NCBI RefSeq assembly: GCF_009914755.1 | Contig: NC_060934.1 | From: the human T2T-CHM13v2.0 reference genome, Homo sapiens | DNA length: 64,000 nt | Strand: one strand, 5' to 3' | Part shown: piece by piece, positions 61,281 through 64,000 of the stretch | Layout: each line of letters begins with the position of its first letter | Position numbering within the stretch: the first letter of the stretch is position 1 | Notes under the pieces: model-generated | The model's input: only the letters and a program-made list of their open reading frames with translations | Told to the model about the DNA's origin: nothing | Database searches by the model: none | Translations under genes and position numbers: made by a program

Positions 61281-61590
61281 GAATCCTTGAAAACGTCAGT
61301 ATGTAGAGACGGAAGAGAACATGAAGTCTGTAATGAGACTAAGGAGGTGCTGGAGGGCCAGGGACAGGCCAGAGAGGAGAGTTGGTGTTGGAGAGGCCAA
61401 GGGAGGAGGTTCTGGAGGAGAGGCCTGTGGCTTCCAGGGCACTTCCAGGGTGGTCACTGGAAAGCAGGAGGACCTGCAGGGGCAGTGTCCATGTTGTCAC
61501 TGGGAACCTTCTCCAGGGAAGCTTCACAGTGGAAGGTCCCATTGAGGAGGGAGTGAGGGAAGGGTGAGGAGACGGCCATGGGTCTGCTCA

Positions 61591-61914
61591 GATGTGAGGG
61601 AGGAAGAGGATGGTGCAGCTACTATAATGCCACCCCATACGGAGACACAGGTGTGTGTGTGTGTGTCTGAGATGTGAGGGAGGAAGAGGATGGTGCAGCT
61701 ACTATAATGCCACCCCATACGGAGACACAGGTGTGTGTGTGTGTGTCTGAGATGTGAGGGAGGAAGAGGACGGTGCAGCTACTATAATGCCACCCCATAC
61801 GGAGACACAGGTGTGTGTGTGTGTGTCTGAGATGTGAGGGAGGAAGAGGATGGTGCAGCTACTATAATGCCACCCCATACGGAGACACAGGTGTGTGTGT
61901 GTGTGTGTGTCTGA
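61591..61914. repeat. Minisatellite, 80-bp unit x4, with nested (GT)n
   Basis: Units at 61591, 61671, 61751 and 61831. (GT)8 in units 1-3 and (GT)10 in unit 4, with one substitution in unit 3. Confidence 0.98.
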
Positions 61915-62404
61915 GATGACCTGAGAGAGACCAAGTACGTGAACAAGAAGGAGAGGAGAAGCCAAACACCTGAGACCCCAATGCCACACACCTAGGAGCA
62001 CACGGAATTAGGAATCAAGACCCCGGGAAGACTGGCCTTCCAAAAGAAGAATGGAGGCAGACACATGTTGAGCCGTGGGGACTGTGAGTGAACAATCAAG
62101 AAAAGACAAATTCTCTGACGAATCGCTTCCAGGACAGCAAGCAACGGCCCTGTCTTGATTCTGCGGCATTCACCTGGTGACACAAGGCCAGGCCACCAGA
62201 CTTATGCATGTCAGCTGTGGTCCTTGCCAGAGGTCCCTACATATTAAAACAGAACGATTCCACATCACTCTTACAGCTCACTCATCTGGTAGAAGTAAAG
62301 TAAAATTCCCCTTAAACACCTTGCCTTATAAAATGTCATTTTATCAGCTTCCTGTCTAATGTGCATATTTTGCATTATTTCTCTCTCAAAGACATTTGGT
62401 CCTA

Positions 62405-62810
62405 GCATGCATGCAGAACACACACATGCATGTACACATCAGCACACACATGCACAAGCATGCATGCACACACACATACACATGCCTGCAGAACACACAC
62501 ATGCATGTACACATCTGCACACACATGCATAAGCATGCATGCATACACATGTATGTACACATCTACATACACATACACACACATCTGTAAATACACATGC
62601 CTGCAGAATACACACACGTACACATCTGCACACACATACACACACATGCATGTACACATCTGCACACACATACACATAGATGCAGAACAAATGCATGCAT
62701 GTACACATCCACACATACATATACAGAACACACACATGTGTGTATACATCTACACACACATACATATGCATGCACGCACACACTTGCATGTACATGCACA
62801 CACACACTCT
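62405..62810. repeat. Degenerate (CA)/(CATG)-rich purine-pyrimidine repeat
   Basis: Read directly from the sequence; recurring 'cacacatgcatgtacacatc'. Confidence 0.9.
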
Positions 62811-64000
62811 CCCTCCTCCATGAACCCAAATCTCAGTTTTCTTCTCTGAGTTTCTGTAAGGAGCTCTGCTACACACCACTTACAACCTCAGAGCCCCAGT
62901 GAGGGTTTGTCTGTGGCAGTCCCAGGACTGCAATGCATTATTTGATTTTGTGTGAAAGCCATCCTTTGTATCTCATTTTTTGTCACAGGGTATCAAGTGC
63001 AGATCTTTGTACAGAACAGATTCTCAGTAATTGCTTATTGATTCATTGGTAGTAACTGATATTTTAGGAATTCTTTGCGTAGAATGATCACAGCCATGGT
63101 GCCCAGCAGAAGAAAAGGACAGTGTCATGCCCTCTGATTTACAATGACAGGTGTGGGTTTACACTTTTTCTCAGCATTCTTATATAATGCAATAAGATGC
63201 TTGCTAAAAATACAAGTTTTAGAGATTTTTTTTCCACTTGGATTGGAACCGAATTGCTTTGCACATTCTTTGGAGAAAAAGCTGAAATCCTGTTAGCTAG
63301 CATTATGAGTCAGCTGTCTATATTTATGACAAAGATTTTATAGAGTGCATATATTTATTTGCAAATGGTACCTGAGGGAAAAAGGAAATCAAGATGAATG
63401 TCTTATGGTGTCTCTATATGATACCTGAGCAACTGTTGTAATTCTACCAATTCTGTAAAAAAATCATGCAAGCATGCAAGTTAATTGTTTGGAATTTTGA
63501 GTGCAGAAAATCTGAGAGAATGAGTTTTTCAATTTCATTATTTTTGTTTAGTGTAGACACCATTCAAATACTAAGAATCATATTGCATTTTAAAATGAGA
63601 TCTATGAAGAATGTTTGCCATTATTTACTGGCCTCTCTCTTGCACACTTATTTGTGATGGGGAGGCTACATTGTTTTGCCCCACAACAGGCATCAGAATA
63701 CATTTTGGGGAGATAAAATCATGACTGGAAAAATATTTTCTACCCTTAGCACTGATCAAGGTAAGACCCTGGGTATTGGTGACTCCCAAGGTGTCAGAGA
63801 AAAGGGATGTTTCTTTGCATGATAAAACAAGTTGCATGTACTTATTGCTGTACAGAGAGGAAGAAGAAAAGAGCAACAGAGAGAGATGGTGAGGTTAGAT
63901 AAGGAGGCCAGAAGGAACATGGGTGATGTCACATTGCTCAAGAGAAGGCAAAGAGAGAGAATGCCAAGTGGGCAACATGAGCTTTGGAAAGCAGGGATGT

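Noticed and set aside
61623-61628. TATAAT in each 80-bp unit as a promoter box
   Set aside because: This is a bacterial -10 consensus and has no meaning here; there is no supporting eukaryotic core promoter context.

Overview
This is a 64-kb stretch of primate, very probably human or great-ape, non-coding genomic DNA (intergenic or deep intronic). The evidence is AluY/S/J elements, an L1PA2 and several primate LTR families. I cannot recognise any host protein-coding exon, and the locus cannot be named from sequence alone. The only real protein-coding signal comes from retroelements: three long LINE-1 ORF2 fragments in a 5'-inverted L1PA2 (28.5-32.3 kb), the 3' end of an older L1PA (44.7-46.3 kb) and a decayed ERVL pol remnant (51.6-52.5 kb). 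The other ORFs in the track are Alu or microsatellite translations or chance ORFs. The window is rich in GC-rich minisatellites with units of about 31, 36, 54, 57, 71-74 and 80 bp, a pattern typical of subtelomeric chromosome arms. The most notable structures are: (1) two independently inserted MER50 solo LTRs 2.1 kb apart that share a ~140-bp near-identical tract suggesting gene conversion; one of them has amplified a 54-bp unit with an NRF1-like motif six times; (2) a twin-primed L1PA2 with no clear TSD whose inversion creates a chimeric endonuclease ORF; (3) several VNTRs that begin where a retroelement breaks off and that multiply transcription-factor motifs; (4) a perfect 62-bp tandem duplication next to a purine tract and a hairpin; (5) an Alu-tail/Hsmar1-end junction that keeps a SETMAR-type TIR; (6) TE-free blocks with clustered GGATTA homeodomain motifs, which are candidate enhancers. 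I found no evidence for a wholly new gene system. Repeat family names come from recalled consensus sequences and were not checked by a search.
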